In this document: in pieces, positions 1-12,959 of the stretch
Layout: the number at the start of each line of letters is the position of its first letter
Numbering within the stretch: the first letter of the stretch is position 1
Notes under the pieces: model-generated
Databases searched by the model: none
What the model saw: the letters and a program-made list of their open reading frames with translations, nothing else
What the model was told of the DNA's origin: nothing
Source: Macrostomum lignano
Taxonomy: Eukaryota
Length of the DNA stretch: 64,000 bases
Assembly (NCBI GenBank): GCA_002269645.1
Contig: NIVC01001253.1
Location: 248,001 to 312,000, forward strand
Direction: 5' to 3'
Made by a program: the position numbers and the translations under genes

Positions 1-2736
1 CAAACTAGAATGATACCAAACTAGAATGATCCCAAACTAGAATGATACCACACTAGATGATCCCAAACTAGAATGATCCCAAACTAGAATGATCCCAAAC
101 TAGAATGATCCCAAACTAGAATGATCCCAAACTAGAATGATCCCAAACTAGAATGATACCAAACTAGAATGATACCAAACTAGAATGATCCCAAACTAGA
201 ATGATACCACACTAGATGATCCCAAACAAGAATGATCCCAAACTAGAATGATCCCAAACTAGATGATCCTAAACTAGAATGATACCAAACTAGAATGATC
301 CCAAACTAGATGATCCCAAACTAGAATGATCCCAAACTAGATGATCCCAAACTAGAATGATACCAAACTAGATGATCCCAAACTAGAATGATCTCAAACT
401 AGAATGTTACCAAACTAGAATGATACCAAACTAGAATGATCCCAAACTAGATGATCCCAAACTAGAATGATCCCAAACTAGAATGATCCCAAACTAGATG
501 ATCCCAAACTAGAATGATACCAAACTAGAATGATACCAAACTAGAATAATCCCAAACTAGAATGATACCAAACTATATTGATTCAAACTAGATTGATTCA
601 AACTAGATTGATTCAAACTAGAATGATCCCAAACTAGATGATCCCAAACTAGAATGATCCCAAACTAGAATGATCCCAAACTAGAATGATACCAAACTAT
701 ATTGATTCAAACTAGATTGATTCAAACTAGATTGATTCAAACTAGAATGATCCCAAACTAGAATGATCCCAAACTAGAATGATCCCAAACTAGAATGATC
801 CCAAACTAGAATGATCCCAAACTAGAATGATCCCAAACTAGAATGATCCCAAACTAGATGATACCAAACTAGAATGATCCCAAACTAGATGATACCAAAC
901 TAGAATGATCCCAAACTAGAATTATACCAAACTAGATGATCCCAAACTAGAATGATACCAAACTAGATGATCCCAAACTAGAATGATCCCAAACTAGAAT
1001 GATCCCAAACTAGATGATCCCAAACTAGAATGATACCAAACTAGAATGATACCAAACTAGAATAATCCCAAACTAGAATGATACCAAACTAGATGATCCC
1101 AAACTAGAATGATACCAAACTAGATGATCCCAAACTAGAATGATCCCAAACTAGAATGATACCAAACTAGAATAATCCCAAACTAGAATGATACCAAACT
1201 AGATGATCCCAAACTAGAATGATCCCAAACTAGATGATCCCAAACTAGAATGATCCCAAACTAGATGATCCCAAACTAGAATGATCCCAAACTAGAATGA
1301 TACCAAACTAGATGATCCCAAACTAGAATGATACCAAACTAGATGATCCCAAACTAGAATGATCCCAAACTAGAATGATCCCAAACTAGAATGATCCCAA
1401 ACTAGATGATCCCAAACTAGAATGATACCAAACTAGAATGATACCAAACTAGAATAATCCCAAACTAGAATGATACCAAACTATATTGATTCAAACTAGA
1501 TTGATTCAAACTAGATTGATTCAAACTAGAATGATCCCAAACTAGATGATCCCAAACTAGAATGATCCCAAACTAGAATGATCCCAAACTAGAATGATAC
1601 CAAACTAGATGATCCCAAACTAGAATGATCCCAAACTAGATGATCCCAAACTAGAATGATCCCAAACTAGATGATACCAAACTAGAATGATCCCAAACTA
1701 GAATTATACCAAACTAGAATGATCCCAAACTAGAATAATCCCAAAATAGAATGATCCCAAACTAGATTTATCCCAAACTAGAATGATCTCAACCTAGATT
1801 GATCCCAAAGTAAAATGATCCAAAACTAGAATAATCCAAAACTATATTGATTCAAACTAGAATGATCCCAAAGTATAATAATCCCAAACCAGAATAATCC
1901 CAAACTAGAATGATCTCAAACTATAATAATTCCAAACTAGAATGATCCCAAACTAGATTGATCCCAAACTAGAATGATCCCAAACTAGAATGATCCCAAA
2001 CTAGAATAATCCCAAACTAGAATGATCCCAAACTAGAATGATCCCAAACTAGATTGATCCCAAACTAGAATGATCCCAAACTAGAATAATCCCAAAATAG
2101 AATGATCCCAAACTAGATTTATCCCAAACTAGAATGATCTCAACCTAGATTGATCCCAAAGTAAAATGATCCAAAACTAGAATAATCCAAAACTATATTG
2201 ATTCAAACTAGAATGATCCCAAAGTATAATAATCCCAAACCAGAATAATCCCAAACTAGAATGATCTCAAACTATAATAATTCCAAACTAGATGATCCCA
2301 AACTAGAATGATACCAAACTAGAATGATACCAAACTATATTGATTCAAACTAGATTGATTCAAACTAGATTGATTCAAACTAGAATGATCCCAAACTAGA
2401 TGATCCCAAACTAGAATGATCCCAAACTAGAATAATCCCAAACTAGAATGATCCCAAACTAGAATGATCCCAACCTAGATTGATCCCAAACTAGAATGAT
2501 CCCAAACTAGAATGATCTCAACCTAGATTGATCCCAAAGTAAAATGATCCAAAACTAGAATAATCCAAAACTATATTGATTCAAACTAGAATGATCCCAA
2601 AGTATAATAATCCCAAACCAGAATAATCCCAAACTAGAATGATCTCAAACTATAATAATTCCAAACTAGATGATCCCAAACTAGAATAATCTCAAGCTAG
2701 ATTGATCCCAAACTAGAATGATCCCAAACTAGATTC
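1..2736. repeat. Minisatellite, 15-16 bp unit CCAAACTAGAATGATC, with higher-order blocks
   Basis: Continuous tandem array; divergent blocks recur (1741-1940 ~ 2091-2290). Confidence 0.97.
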
Positions 2737-3334
2737 CCAAGCCAAAGCCCTAAGTTCATAGAGAATTACCTAGCCTCGAATTACTGCCTAGCCTACAAAA
2801 CCCCCTTGCTCGAACTAGCCTTCATCAACGACAGACCACCCTTTATCCGCCTCCATCCCCTGTTTGCTAAACGGATAAAACGCAAGCGACTCCCACTTCT
2901 CAAGTCCTCCCCCTTCGGTAATTCCAGCAAAACGCCCCCCCCCCCGTCTATCCGTCGAAATCCTCAATACTTTTTGTTCAAATATCAATATCGCCACGCG
3001 GGTGAAAATGAGGAAGGGAGGAATGAGGTAGAAGAACGGGAGCTGTGTCAGTCACCGCTGCCTGCCCACCTCCCCTGACCCTGCTCTGAGTCACCCAACC
3101 GTTCCCTCAGTCACCATATCTCTCAATTATACCATACCGACTTCGGGCCGAAAGACAGAAAAGGTATATTTTTTGAGCACTCATATTTCTTCCCGTTTTC
3201 AGTTTTTCTTGGCCTATTTTTTATTTAAAATAGATGGAGTAGGGTATATAATGAGTCAGTGGTAATAGGGGATATTTTCCTATGCTTACATAGCATATCC
3301 GGTTTCAAATTTTTACCTGGCACAAGTATTTCAA

Positions 3335-3920
3335 ATTAATTCTCTTTAGATTTCTAATTTAGTCTCCCTAGATATCTAATTTAGTCTCTTTAGATTTCTA
3401 ATTTAGTCTCCCTAGATATCTAATTTAGTCTCTTTAGATTTCTAAATTAGTCTCTTTAGATTTCTAATTTAGTCTCCTTAGATATCTAATTTAGTCTCTT
3501 TAGATTTCTAATTTAGTCTCTCTAGATATCTAATTTAGTCTCTTTAGATTTCTAATTTAGTCTCCTTAGATTTCTAATTTAGTCCCTTTTGATTTCTAAT
3601 TTAGTCTCCTTGGACTTTTTGTTTTAGTCTCTTTAGATTTATAATTTAGACTCCTTAGATTTCTAATTTAGTCTCGTTAGACTCTTTGTTTTAGTCTCTT
3701 TAGATTTCTAATTTAGTCTCCTTGGACTTTCTAATTTAGTCTCCTTGGACTTTTTGTTTTAGTCTCTTTAGATTTATAATTTAGTCTCCTTAGATTTCTA
3801 ATTTAGTCTGCTTAGATTTCTAATTTAGTCTGCTTAGATTTCTAATTTAGTCTCCTTAGATTTCTAATTTAATTTCCTTAGATTTCTAATTTAGTCTCCT
3901 TAGATTTCTAATTTCTAATT
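3335..3920. repeat. Minisatellite, ~22 bp TTAGATTTCTAATTTAGTCTCT
   Basis: Tandem array ending ~10 nt from the teneurin donor at 3930. Confidence 0.95.
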
Positions 3921-3930
3921 TCTTACTCAC

Positions 3931-5493
3931 CTCCGGAGATGAGACGCCGGTACCCAACAGGCTTGGCCCCGGACCCATCGAACTCCACCGACGCTGTCCC
4001 GCTCCTGACTCTCACGCCTTCGGCAGTCGCCTCCGTCAGCAGCTGGTCAACTCGTCCTGTTGGATCGATAGTCTTGCTGATCCGGCCAGCATCAGTGTAC
4101 CGGAACAGCCACCGGCCTCCGCTAGGAAAAGTCGCTGACGTCACACCGCCGCCACGGCTCTCATACTCAAAGCTGTACCGACCTCCGCCCTGACAGGAGA
4201 TTATGCGAGCTTGACCCAGCTCGCTGTACTCAAGCTGGCACTTCCTGCCGCTTGGCGATCGAATGCTCGCATTGTGATACTCGTTGCGCAACTCGAATGT
4301 GGCATTATTACCCATTCGGATTTTGAGCACGGGAGCTCCTAGGCTGGTATCGTAGGTCGAATGCTCGAACCGATACTTCACAGTGCCGGTGACGGCGTCC
4401 TCCGTGCCGAGGTGTTTGCCTTCGTGGCTGAAGGTGAAAATTTCACTGGCGTCTCTGGACGACACTCGATAGACTGAGCTGGCAGAGGTAGACAGCGTAG
4501 GTAGATTCGGACGAAGCTTAAGCATGGACGGGCCGGCTGTCAGATAAATCTGACCCTGAGGGCCTACAGAGATGTCGGAGACTGAGTCGGAAGAAGCCAA
4601 GCTTGGTAGCTCGGCCACTGGGAAGGCCTGAAGCCGTCCGTCGGATCGCATGACCCAGAGACCGTCGGCCTGAGCAATAAGAAGCTCGCCCTGAGCCGTG
4701 AACTCGATGCTTCGAGGCGATCGAAGGCGCTGATTCACGGCGGCATCTGTGTTTAAATTTGCTGCCGGACAGTGCGGCGGACGGCCCGCGACGAGCTCGA
4801 CTCGGCCCGACTCTGAGGACAGACGGAACACGCTCTGATCGTCGATGAAGTGCAGACTGTTGTCCAGAGGATTTACGGCGAGGTCCACTGGCCAACGGAT
4901 CGGCAACGGTTTTGACAGATTGTCGGCGGCGAGGTCCAGCTCCCTGCATGGCCAGGGTTCGAGTCCAGCCAGAGCGCCACCGTTGCCAGCGACGATTGTC
5001 TCTGGGACATTGGATGCCCCCGTGGAGACTCTCATGATGCTGTAGGTGTCAACGTAGTACAAAACTCCATTGGCGTCAATCGTCAGAGCTCTTGGCGATG
5101 ATTCCGTCGGCAGAGTCAACTTGATCGGAGGCGCCAGGTTCAGCGGCAGGCGCAGAATTTCTCGCCGACCGGGGTCGCTCAGGTAGACCGCTGCCCGGTC
5201 CGACGGGCTGGACGGGTCGTTGGCCAGGTAGAGAACGGCCGAACCCGGATGAGTTGCCGCTTCCAAACGGAGCAACGTCTGAGGCGAATCTCCACTGCTT
5301 GGCGACAGAATCGAGACGAGACGAGCGACAGGGTCGGCGAATATCACGTGACCAGTTGCGGTGACGGCGAGGCTCCAACGGGCCGCACGACTCGTTGAAA
5401 GTGATGCTGCTCCGCTGCCCACAGGCAGTCTCTCCATACTCCAGGGTCGCTGGCTCAGATACTCTGTTGAACCGTCACCCATGTGAAGAACTC
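3931..5493 (-). CDS. TENM: Teneurin NHL beta-propeller and first YD-repeat exon
   Basis: GVLHMGDGS...RWPVDLAVNPLDNSLHFID...VAGRPPHC...F...GKHL.T.D..TG...Y.F, followed by YD-like repeats (YSELGQ, YTDAGRI, DPTGRV). 1563 nt, phase 1-1, |GTGAGT donor. Confidence 0.95.
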
Positions 5494-5844
5494 CTGTATG
5501 TTGCGAATTCGGTGTTTTGAGTGTTGAAATGGGTGTTTTTAAACAAACAGATACCACGTATCATCTCTCGTGGATTTATATCAAGATCCCGGATGTACCT
5601 TGAATGATGATATATGTCTTTTATCAAGACTTAGATGTAAATGTACTTTAGATCAAGACTCTAAATTTACTTTAGATCAAGACCACGAATGTACTTTAGA
5701 TGAAGACTCCGAATGTAGCTCGTACTTTGAAACTGAGATATAGATCCAGGAAGTAAATTGAATCAAGACCTTTGATGTATTTTGAATCAGCATCACGGAT
5801 ATGTTCTCAATCAAAATCCAGAATAATCCGCCAGTTGTCCTCAC

Positions 5845-5979
5845 CAGCTTCGTAGTCGTAGGCGTGCACTTTGTCGATGCTCCACTGGCCAAGTCGAGAC
5901 GGGATCAGCTCGGCCCCGGGCAGCAGCCTCGCTCGAGTCTGCCAGACAATCCGACTGCAGCTGGAGAATCTGAAGCCCA
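5845..5979 (-). CDS. TENM: Teneurin FN-plug C-terminal exon
   Basis: VGFRFSSCSRIVWQTRARLLPGAEL...LGQWSIDKVHAY resembles VGYEY..C...WE.R...L.G.E....LGGWSLDKHH. 135 nt, phase 1-1. Confidence 0.93.
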
Positions 5980-6073
5980 CTGACACTGGAAGATTTTGCG
6001 GTTGTTGAAGCTGAAATGCGGTCTTACATGTAGTCAAGGTTGCAAAAATTTGACTCAGTGCGAAGGCGCTCAC

Positions 6074-6825
6074 CTCTGGCCTCCACCAGTCCGGTCAGCG
6101 GTCTCCCGAACGGGTCCATTCGATCCCATTCAAAAACGTGGGTCAGGTTCGGCTTCGGGTGGAATCGTTTCTGCTGCAAGCTGCCGCCGATGCTGACCTG
6201 GCAGAGCACCTCAGCGAGTCCAGTCGGTAGCGAGTCGCTGAGAAGTTTCACCGGCAGCAGCTCTTTGAATCCGGCAGCTCGGGAGGAGCTGTACACCAGA
6301 CTGAACGGACTATCTGGCACTGGTATGCTCAGCTTGATCACCTGCCGTTCTAAAATTATCCCATTGCTAGGAATAGTGCTCAAGAGGTGGCCATCTACTT
6401 GTTGAACAGTGGGTAGAGGCAGTCGGAGCATCGGGGAGCAGCCGCTGTTGACCGTTCGCTTCTCTGAGTAGACCTGCGGAAACTGGGAGCTACTCGAACC
6501 AATTGACGATGGCGCGGAGAAAATCGTCATTGGTGTCCCCGCATCGGCCGGAGTGAGCACGATGTTGCCCAGGTTGAGAAACGCTCCCACAGGGACGCCG
6601 CTGAGTAGGACCTCGGCTTGTAGCGAACGATTCGGCGTGTAACTGCGCCTGAAGCTCAGTGCAATGAGTCCGGAGCCTCCGGACGCTGAGACCACTAGGG
6701 TGAAACTCCCATCTGGCCGGGACAAGCTGTGTCCGGCCGATGGATTTCGAGCGTCCTCCTGACGACTGCCGATCAGTTGACTACCGTCTGGCAGAAATAA
6801 ACGACCCATCAGCACGGAGATTTGC
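6074..6825 (-). CDS. TENM: Teneurin FN-plug/Ig-like exon
   Basis: QISVLMGR...DGSQLIG...SRPDGSFTLVV...FSLVYSSSRAAGF...PNLTHVFEWDRMDPFG matches conserved teneurin motifs. 752 nt, phase 2-1. Confidence 0.95.
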
Positions 6826-6994
6826 CTGCAAAGTGAATTTTGCGATGAAGCATGCGTGTCTGTGCGCTGTTGTGCTCAACGATGCTTTCGTGTGTCACTG
6901 AAAATAAGATTTTAAACGTAATTGTCAAGAGTTTTTTAAGCTGTCAACAGACACTTAACGTTCTGCAGATACTTGCAGCTTCTGCAGACGAATC

Positions 6995-7485
6995 CTCTAC
7001 AGACACACTCTCTACAGACACATTCACTGCAGACACACCCTCTACAGACACACCCTCTACAGACACACCCTCTACAGACACATTCACTGCAGACACATTC
7101 ACTACAGACACACTCTCTACAGACACATTCACTGCAGACACATTCACTACAGACACACTCTCTACAGACACATTCACTGCAGACACATTCACTACAGACA
7201 CACTCTCTACAGACACATTCTCTGCAGACACACCCTCTACAGACACACTCTCTACAGACACATTCACTGCAGACACATTCACTACAGACACACTCTCTAC
7301 AGACACATTCACTGCAGACACATTCACTACAGACACACTCTCTACAGACACATTCACTGCAGACACATTCACTACAGACACACTCTCCACAGACACATTC
7401 TCTGCAGACACACCCTCTACAGACACACTCTCTACAGACACACCCTCTACAGACACACCCTCTACAGACACACTCTCTACAGACA
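6995..7485. repeat. Minisatellite, 15 bp TCTACAGACACACTC, 180-bp higher-order unit
   Basis: 7081-7260 is nearly identical to 7261-7440. Confidence 0.95.
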
Positions 7486-7553
7486 CCCATACTATTGCAC
7501 AGAAAACTAAACCCCCTAGAACGACACAACACTATCCTCCAATCAAGAACCCC

Positions 7554-7883
7554 GATAATAATAATAATAATAATAATAATATATTATTTGATTACACCTG
7601 TCCTAATGGGCAGATGTGGAACCGACAGCTCAGCCGCAGCTATTGCGCGGCGCATCTGAAGGCTGCGTACGGCTGTTCAGTCCAAAGACTGGGGGGGGGC
7701 CGGGGGGGTCGCAACACACCCTCAATTACCCCAGCTAATGCTGGCACCCATTTTACAGCTGGGTGAACTGAAGCAATGTAGAGTTAATTGTCTTGCTAAA
7801 GGACACAAATTGTTCTGAGTGAGTCAAGAATCGAACCCCCGACCTTCAAGTCGTGAGTCCCAAGCTCTGACCACTAGGCTATA
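7554..7883 (-). mobile_element. tRNA-derived SINE with CORE-like central domain and (TTA)n tail
   Basis: Minus strand shows A-box TAGCCTAGTGG and B-box GGTTCGATTC, then TGTGTCCTTTAGCAAGACAATTAAC...CTTCAGTTCACCCAGCTGTAAAATGGG resembling the MIR CORE, ending in TTA repeats. Confidence 0.75.
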
Positions 7884-8569
7884 ACTGAAATCTGTTGGAT
7901 CTCCTACACACTAGGATACCCACAATAAGCTCTCTTAAAGTTCCAAGTGAGCTAAAACCTTCATACATACCCATCAATTTCAAACCGCAATCAACTGCTT
8001 TAGTCAGTGGTCTTTGTTGTCATGTCAGGCAGCGAACCCTTATCGAGTAAATATCCCCAAGTTTGACTTGTGTAGGTCCGCCTTTCTTCCTCTCCCCTTA
8101 TCCCCCACCCCACACACAGCCTCCCACCGCCCGTCTCCTTCTCGCAGCCCCTAATCCCCTCGCGCATAGCTTGTATTTCTCCTGTGATATATTATTAGTC
8201 ACAGCCAGTCTCACAACTGGGTCATGAGGATCGGAACTGCTCAACGCTGTTTTGCAAGCCATTTTTTCGATTTCATCGGCATCAATTACCATACCAATAT
8301 GCGTCCTTATAGAGATTTTGTCCAGTAACGTGACTAAAAAGTGGGGAGAAGGACTTTTTTATTCCCTCTTATTTCCGATGTCAGCTGGGCCGGAAGGACA
8401 GGTCAAAAAGCACTGAACGAAGTTGTGAGTCAGTGCGAGGAGATTATGCAAAACTGGTCTAGATTCTCATTCTCATTGGTCATTATTAATCGATATTTTC
8501 AGAAATTGGGGCTCGATAAAACTGAGGCGGGATTCTGGAAGGGGTTAGGATAGATTAAAAAGAGATAGG

Positions 8570-9150
8570 GTAGACTGGAAAAAGATGGGGTAGATTGGGG
8601 AGAGATTGGGTAGATTAGGGAGAGATTGGATAGATTGGGGAGAGATGGAGTAGATTAGGAAGAGATGGGGTAGATTGGAGAGAGATGGGGTAGATCGGGG
8701 AGAGATTGGGTAGATTAGGGAGAGATTGGATAGATTGGGGAGAAATGGAGTAGATTAGGAAGAGATGGGGTAGATTGGAGAGAGATGGGGTAGATTGGGG
8801 AGAGATTGGATAGATTGGGGAGAGATTGGAGTAGATTAGGAAGAGATGGGGTAGATTGGAGAGAGATGGGGTAGATTGGGGAGAGATTGGATAGATTGGG
8901 GAGAGATGTGGTAGATTGGGAAGAGATGGGATAGATTGGAGAGGGATAGGATAGATCAGGAAGAAATGGGGTAGATTGGAAGGAGATGGAGAGAGATGGG
9001 GTAGGTTGGGAGAGATGGGGTAGTTTGGGAAGAGATGGGGTAGAATAGGAAAAAATGGGGTAGAATTGACAGAGATGGGGTAGATTGGGAAGAGATGGGG
9101 TAGTTTGGGAAGAGATGGGGTAGTTTGGGAATTGATGGGGTAGTTCTAGA
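8570..9150. repeat. Purine-rich ~20 bp repeat (GATGGGGTAGATTGGGGAGA)
   Basis: Degenerate tandem copies. Confidence 0.9.
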
Positions 9151-9630
9151 GCAAGCGTGAGACACAGTAGAAATTGGGACTGGAAGGCAAAAGGAAAAAG
9201 AGAGAATTCTGAGATCCGAGCAACTTTCTGTCAATATTTGAAAGGCAGCCACAGTGATAGGTACGAGTAGACGCTTTCTAATCGGCTCCAATCTTATTTG
9301 CACAGCCACTTACCATTTCCTCTCGTATCGGCAAACGAACTCTTTTGCATTTTCCCCATCTCAGATCCTCGTAGGGGATTTGCTCAAGGACACGAACTTC
9401 TTGAGAGGGGGAGAACTGATACAGATAGGCCAGCAACCGACAAGGGGCGGCTGGCTACGCCCTCGAATGGCCCGCTCTCACACACAGACACACCTGTTCT
9501 AGTGGGTCGATTTACTCACTACTCAGAAACTGAGTCTGGAGTTGGGATCTGTTGCTAGGTAAGAGACACTTGTTGCAGTTCTCGTTCCTCCTGCTTAACT
9601 GAATGAACGAAGCGAAAAATTTAGAACTTT

Positions 9631-10965
9631 GTTGCTGGCGCCCCTGGTGCTGGCGCCCCTGGTGCTGGCGCCCCTGGTGCTGGCGCCCCTGGTGCTGGCG
9701 CCCCTGGTGCTGGCGCCCCTGGTGCTGGCGCCCCTGGTGCTGGCGCCCCTGGTGCTGGCGCCCCTGGTGCTGGCGCCCCTGGTGCTGGCGCCCCTGGTGC
9801 TGGCGCCCCTGGTGCTGGCGCCCCTGGTGCTGGCGCCCCTGGTGCTGGCGCCCCTGGTGCTGGCGCCCCTGGTGCTGGCGCCCCTGGTGCTGGCGCCCCT
9901 GGTGCTGGCGCCCCTGGTGCTGGCGCCCCTGGTGCTGGCGCCCCTGGTGCTGGCGCCCCTGGTGCTGGCGCCCCTGGTGCTAAAGCCCCTGGTGCTAAAG
10001 CCCCTGGTGCTAAAGCCCCTGGTGCTGGCGCCCCTGGTGCTGGCGCCCCTGGTGCTGGCGCCCCTGGTGCTGGCGCCCCTGGTGCTAAAGCCCCTGGTGC
10101 TAAAGCCCCTGGTGCTGGCGCCCCTGGTGCTGGCGCCCCTGGTGCTGGCGCCCCTGGTGCTAAAGCCCCTGGTGCTAAAGCCCCTGGTGCTAAAGCCCCT
10201 GGTGCTAAAGCCCCTGGTGCTAAAGCCCCTGGTGCTAAAGCCCCTGGTGCTAAAGCCCCTGGTGCTAAAGCCCCTGGTGCTAAAGCCCCTGGTGCTAAAG
10301 CCCCTGGTGCTAAAGCCCCTGGTGCTAAAGCCCCTGGTGCTAAAGCCCCTGGTGCTAAAGCCCCTGGTGCTAAAGCCCCTGGTGCTAAAGCCCCTGGTGC
10401 TAAAGCCCCTGGTGCTAAAGCCCCTGGTGCTAAAGCCCCTGGTGCTAAAGCCCCTGGTGCTAAAGCCCCTGGTGCTAAAGCCCCTGGTGCTAAAGCCCCT
10501 GGTGCTAAAGCCCCTGGTGCTAAAGCCCCTGGTGCTAAAGCCCCTGGTGCTAAAGCCCCTGGTGCTAAAGCCCCTGGTGCTAAAGCCCCTGGTGCTAAAG
10601 CCCCTGGTGCTAAAGCCCCTGGTGCTAAAGCCCCTGGTGCTAAAGCCCCTGGTGCTAAAGCCCCTGGTGCTAAAGCCCCTGGTGCTAAAGCCCCTGGTGC
10701 TAAAGCCCCTGGTGCTAAAGCCCCTGGTGCTAAAGCCCCTGGTGCTAAAGCCCCTGGTGCTAAAGCCCCTGGTGCTAAAGCCCCTGGTGCTAAAGCCCCT
10801 GGTGCTAAAGCCCCTGGTGCTAAAGCCCCTGGTGCTAAAGCCCCTGGTGCTAAAGCCCCTGGTGCTAAAGCCCCTGGTGCTAAAGCCCCTGGTGCTAAAG
10901 CCCCTGGTGCTAAAGCCCCTGGTGCTAAAGCCCCTGGTGCTAAAGCCCCTGGTGCTAAAGCCCCT
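9631..10965. repeat. Near-perfect 15 bp array with two variants, GGTGCTGGCGCCCCT and GGTGCTAAAGCCCCT
   Basis: 89 units arranged G23-A3-G4-A2-G3-A54. Confidence 0.98.
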
Positions 10966-11345
10966 CAAATTCCCAAATGAAAAATATTGGCTACCGCCCC
11001 TGACTCGGGCACTTTCTCTTACAGAGTGTACAGCGGGTCTGTCAGTCTGTCAGTGAAACTTTCTGTCTGTAAATCGGACAGCCCGACCAGCAGCTCAGAA
11101 CCTCTTGACGCAATGAGTCGAACGTGTTACACAACCACCATCTTACGCGGATAACTCTCTAACTCCTACTCGATCGTTCGTAGATTGAAGGGACAAATCG
11201 TTAAAACGGAAAGCCAGAGAGTAAAGGGCTCATGCAGCGAGAGACTGGCAGGAAAATTTCACACGCCTGTCCGTCCGAATTTAAGCTACTTAAAAACCCC
11301 CTCTGGCCTGAGTGTTGAAGCCTGTTTCAAACTTGGTAAACTCAC

Positions 11346-11553
11346 TTGGGATCAATGCTGCCTGGCGAATATCCCAGCTGGACACTCTCCTTGCCGACTA
11401 GGAATTTTACTCGCTTCTCAAAGCTGCTCACAGCGGGCAGGGGTGACTCAGACAGCAGCACCTGCTTGGCGATGGCGCCGCCTTTGCAGGTGGCAGCCGT
11501 GGCGCAATCGGTCTGGTGGCAGCAGTCGGGGTCGAAGCAGTCGACAAGACCGT
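11346..11553 (-). CDS. TENM: Teneurin Cys-rich/transthyretin-like exon
   Basis: DGLVDCFDPDCC...C...SFEKRVKFLVG is the hallmark GL.DC.DPDCC...F..R.KFL. Phase 1-2. Confidence 0.95.
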
Positions 11554-11696
11554 CTGGAAAAGGCAGGGACAGCGATGACACCCCTTGGACTTTCTAACCG
11601 TTAGGCATGTACACTCCATGTGCCTTGGTTGGCCCTCATGGCTGTGACCTCGAATAAATGTGATCCCCTAATTGCATTTTACACCGCATTTACTAC

Positions 11697-11876
11697 CTCC
11701 GTCATTGTCCACCCCATCCGAGCAGTCCTTCTCAATTGAGTGTTGGCAGGCATCTCCGCGCCACTGGTTGATGCCGAGGCAGACACAATGCCAGTCAGAG
11801 GCAGCTAAGCTGCTGGAGTCCGAAGGTTGCTGCCGGCGACAGTTGCCGCGGTTGTTGCAGGACTGCGGGCAGCCGT
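11697..11876 (-). CDS. TENM: Teneurin EGF8 and start of Cys-rich domain
   Basis: [13 protein letters not shown]...WHCVC...WRGDAC...[12 protein letters not shown] matches teneurin DGCP..C...WHCVC...E..C.D..DNDG. 180 nt, phase 1-1. Confidence 0.93.
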
Positions 11877-11911
11877 CTGTGGAAGAGAGGGAGAGAGTGA
11901 ACAGATGGCTA

Positions 11912-12243
<332 letters not shown>

Positions 12244-12959
12244 GTCAAATACAGCACAAATGCAATTCTCAAAGGTATGGTTTGCAGTAGGCATAAATCC
12301 GAGGAACTGGCAGAAAGTCACGTTTCTCTCAATTACAATAGGATTTTTTAAAGTCTTTTTAAGTCTTTTAATCCTTAACAAGAGATTATATGTATTAAAT
12401 TTTCCTAATCCGAGTTTTCGCGAGACCGTAATGCTCCATAAAGCTTTAATCTCTCTATTGAATTTGTTGTCAAATCCTAAATTCAAATGCATTTATCCCC
12501 ACAGCAAGGAAATGAACGATCCTCGGTGTTACAGGGCTTCAGTCGCAACGTTTATCTGTCCCAAATTACGGTCAGGAAGGAATCGGCTACATGCATCCAG
12601 GAAAACGCTATTTGATGTTGGACGGGAAAGCATATTTGCAGATTCCTTGAGACCTTCATACGCTGCATTTTTCTAAAACCTTGTTCGCTTTTCCCATTTC
12701 CCCAGGTCTTGAGCAGTTCCAGGGACTCGAAACAGATGGCGTTGTAGCATTTCTGTCAGTAGCGAATTAGTTAGAGAGGCCGACTGCGAGGCTTTTCTGG
12801 TTGTCAATTTTTCATGGCATAAGATGTAGCCGAATTGTAATTATAGCGCCGTAGCATTGTTGGAATCGCGGTTGACTACACAACGCGGAACTTAGATTGT
12901 ATCAAGGTAGCTAGCTGGCCTTTTGGTTGTTGATTCATGGTAGCGAGTTCATAGATTTT

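Noticed and set aside
2806-3078. 90-aa ORF beside the first array
   Set aside because: Non-ATG start, no recognisable motif, antisense within a teneurin intron.
6852-7766. Thr/Asp-rich mucin- or antifreeze-like ORF and overlapping Cys-rich ORFs
   Set aside because: Open on both strands because the unit is 15 bp; lies in a teneurin intron and runs into a SINE.
9314-9590. Possible extra teneurin exon (AG...GTAAGT pair on minus strand)
   Set aside because: Stops in all three frames, and exon 11346 already joins exon 6825 in phase with continuous homology.
9595-11056. Long ORFs (RGFST)n and (LAPLV/LKPLV)n of 457-475 aa
   Set aside because: Translations of a 15-bp intronic array that lacks stops in some frames; no unique coding flanks or codon-position bias.
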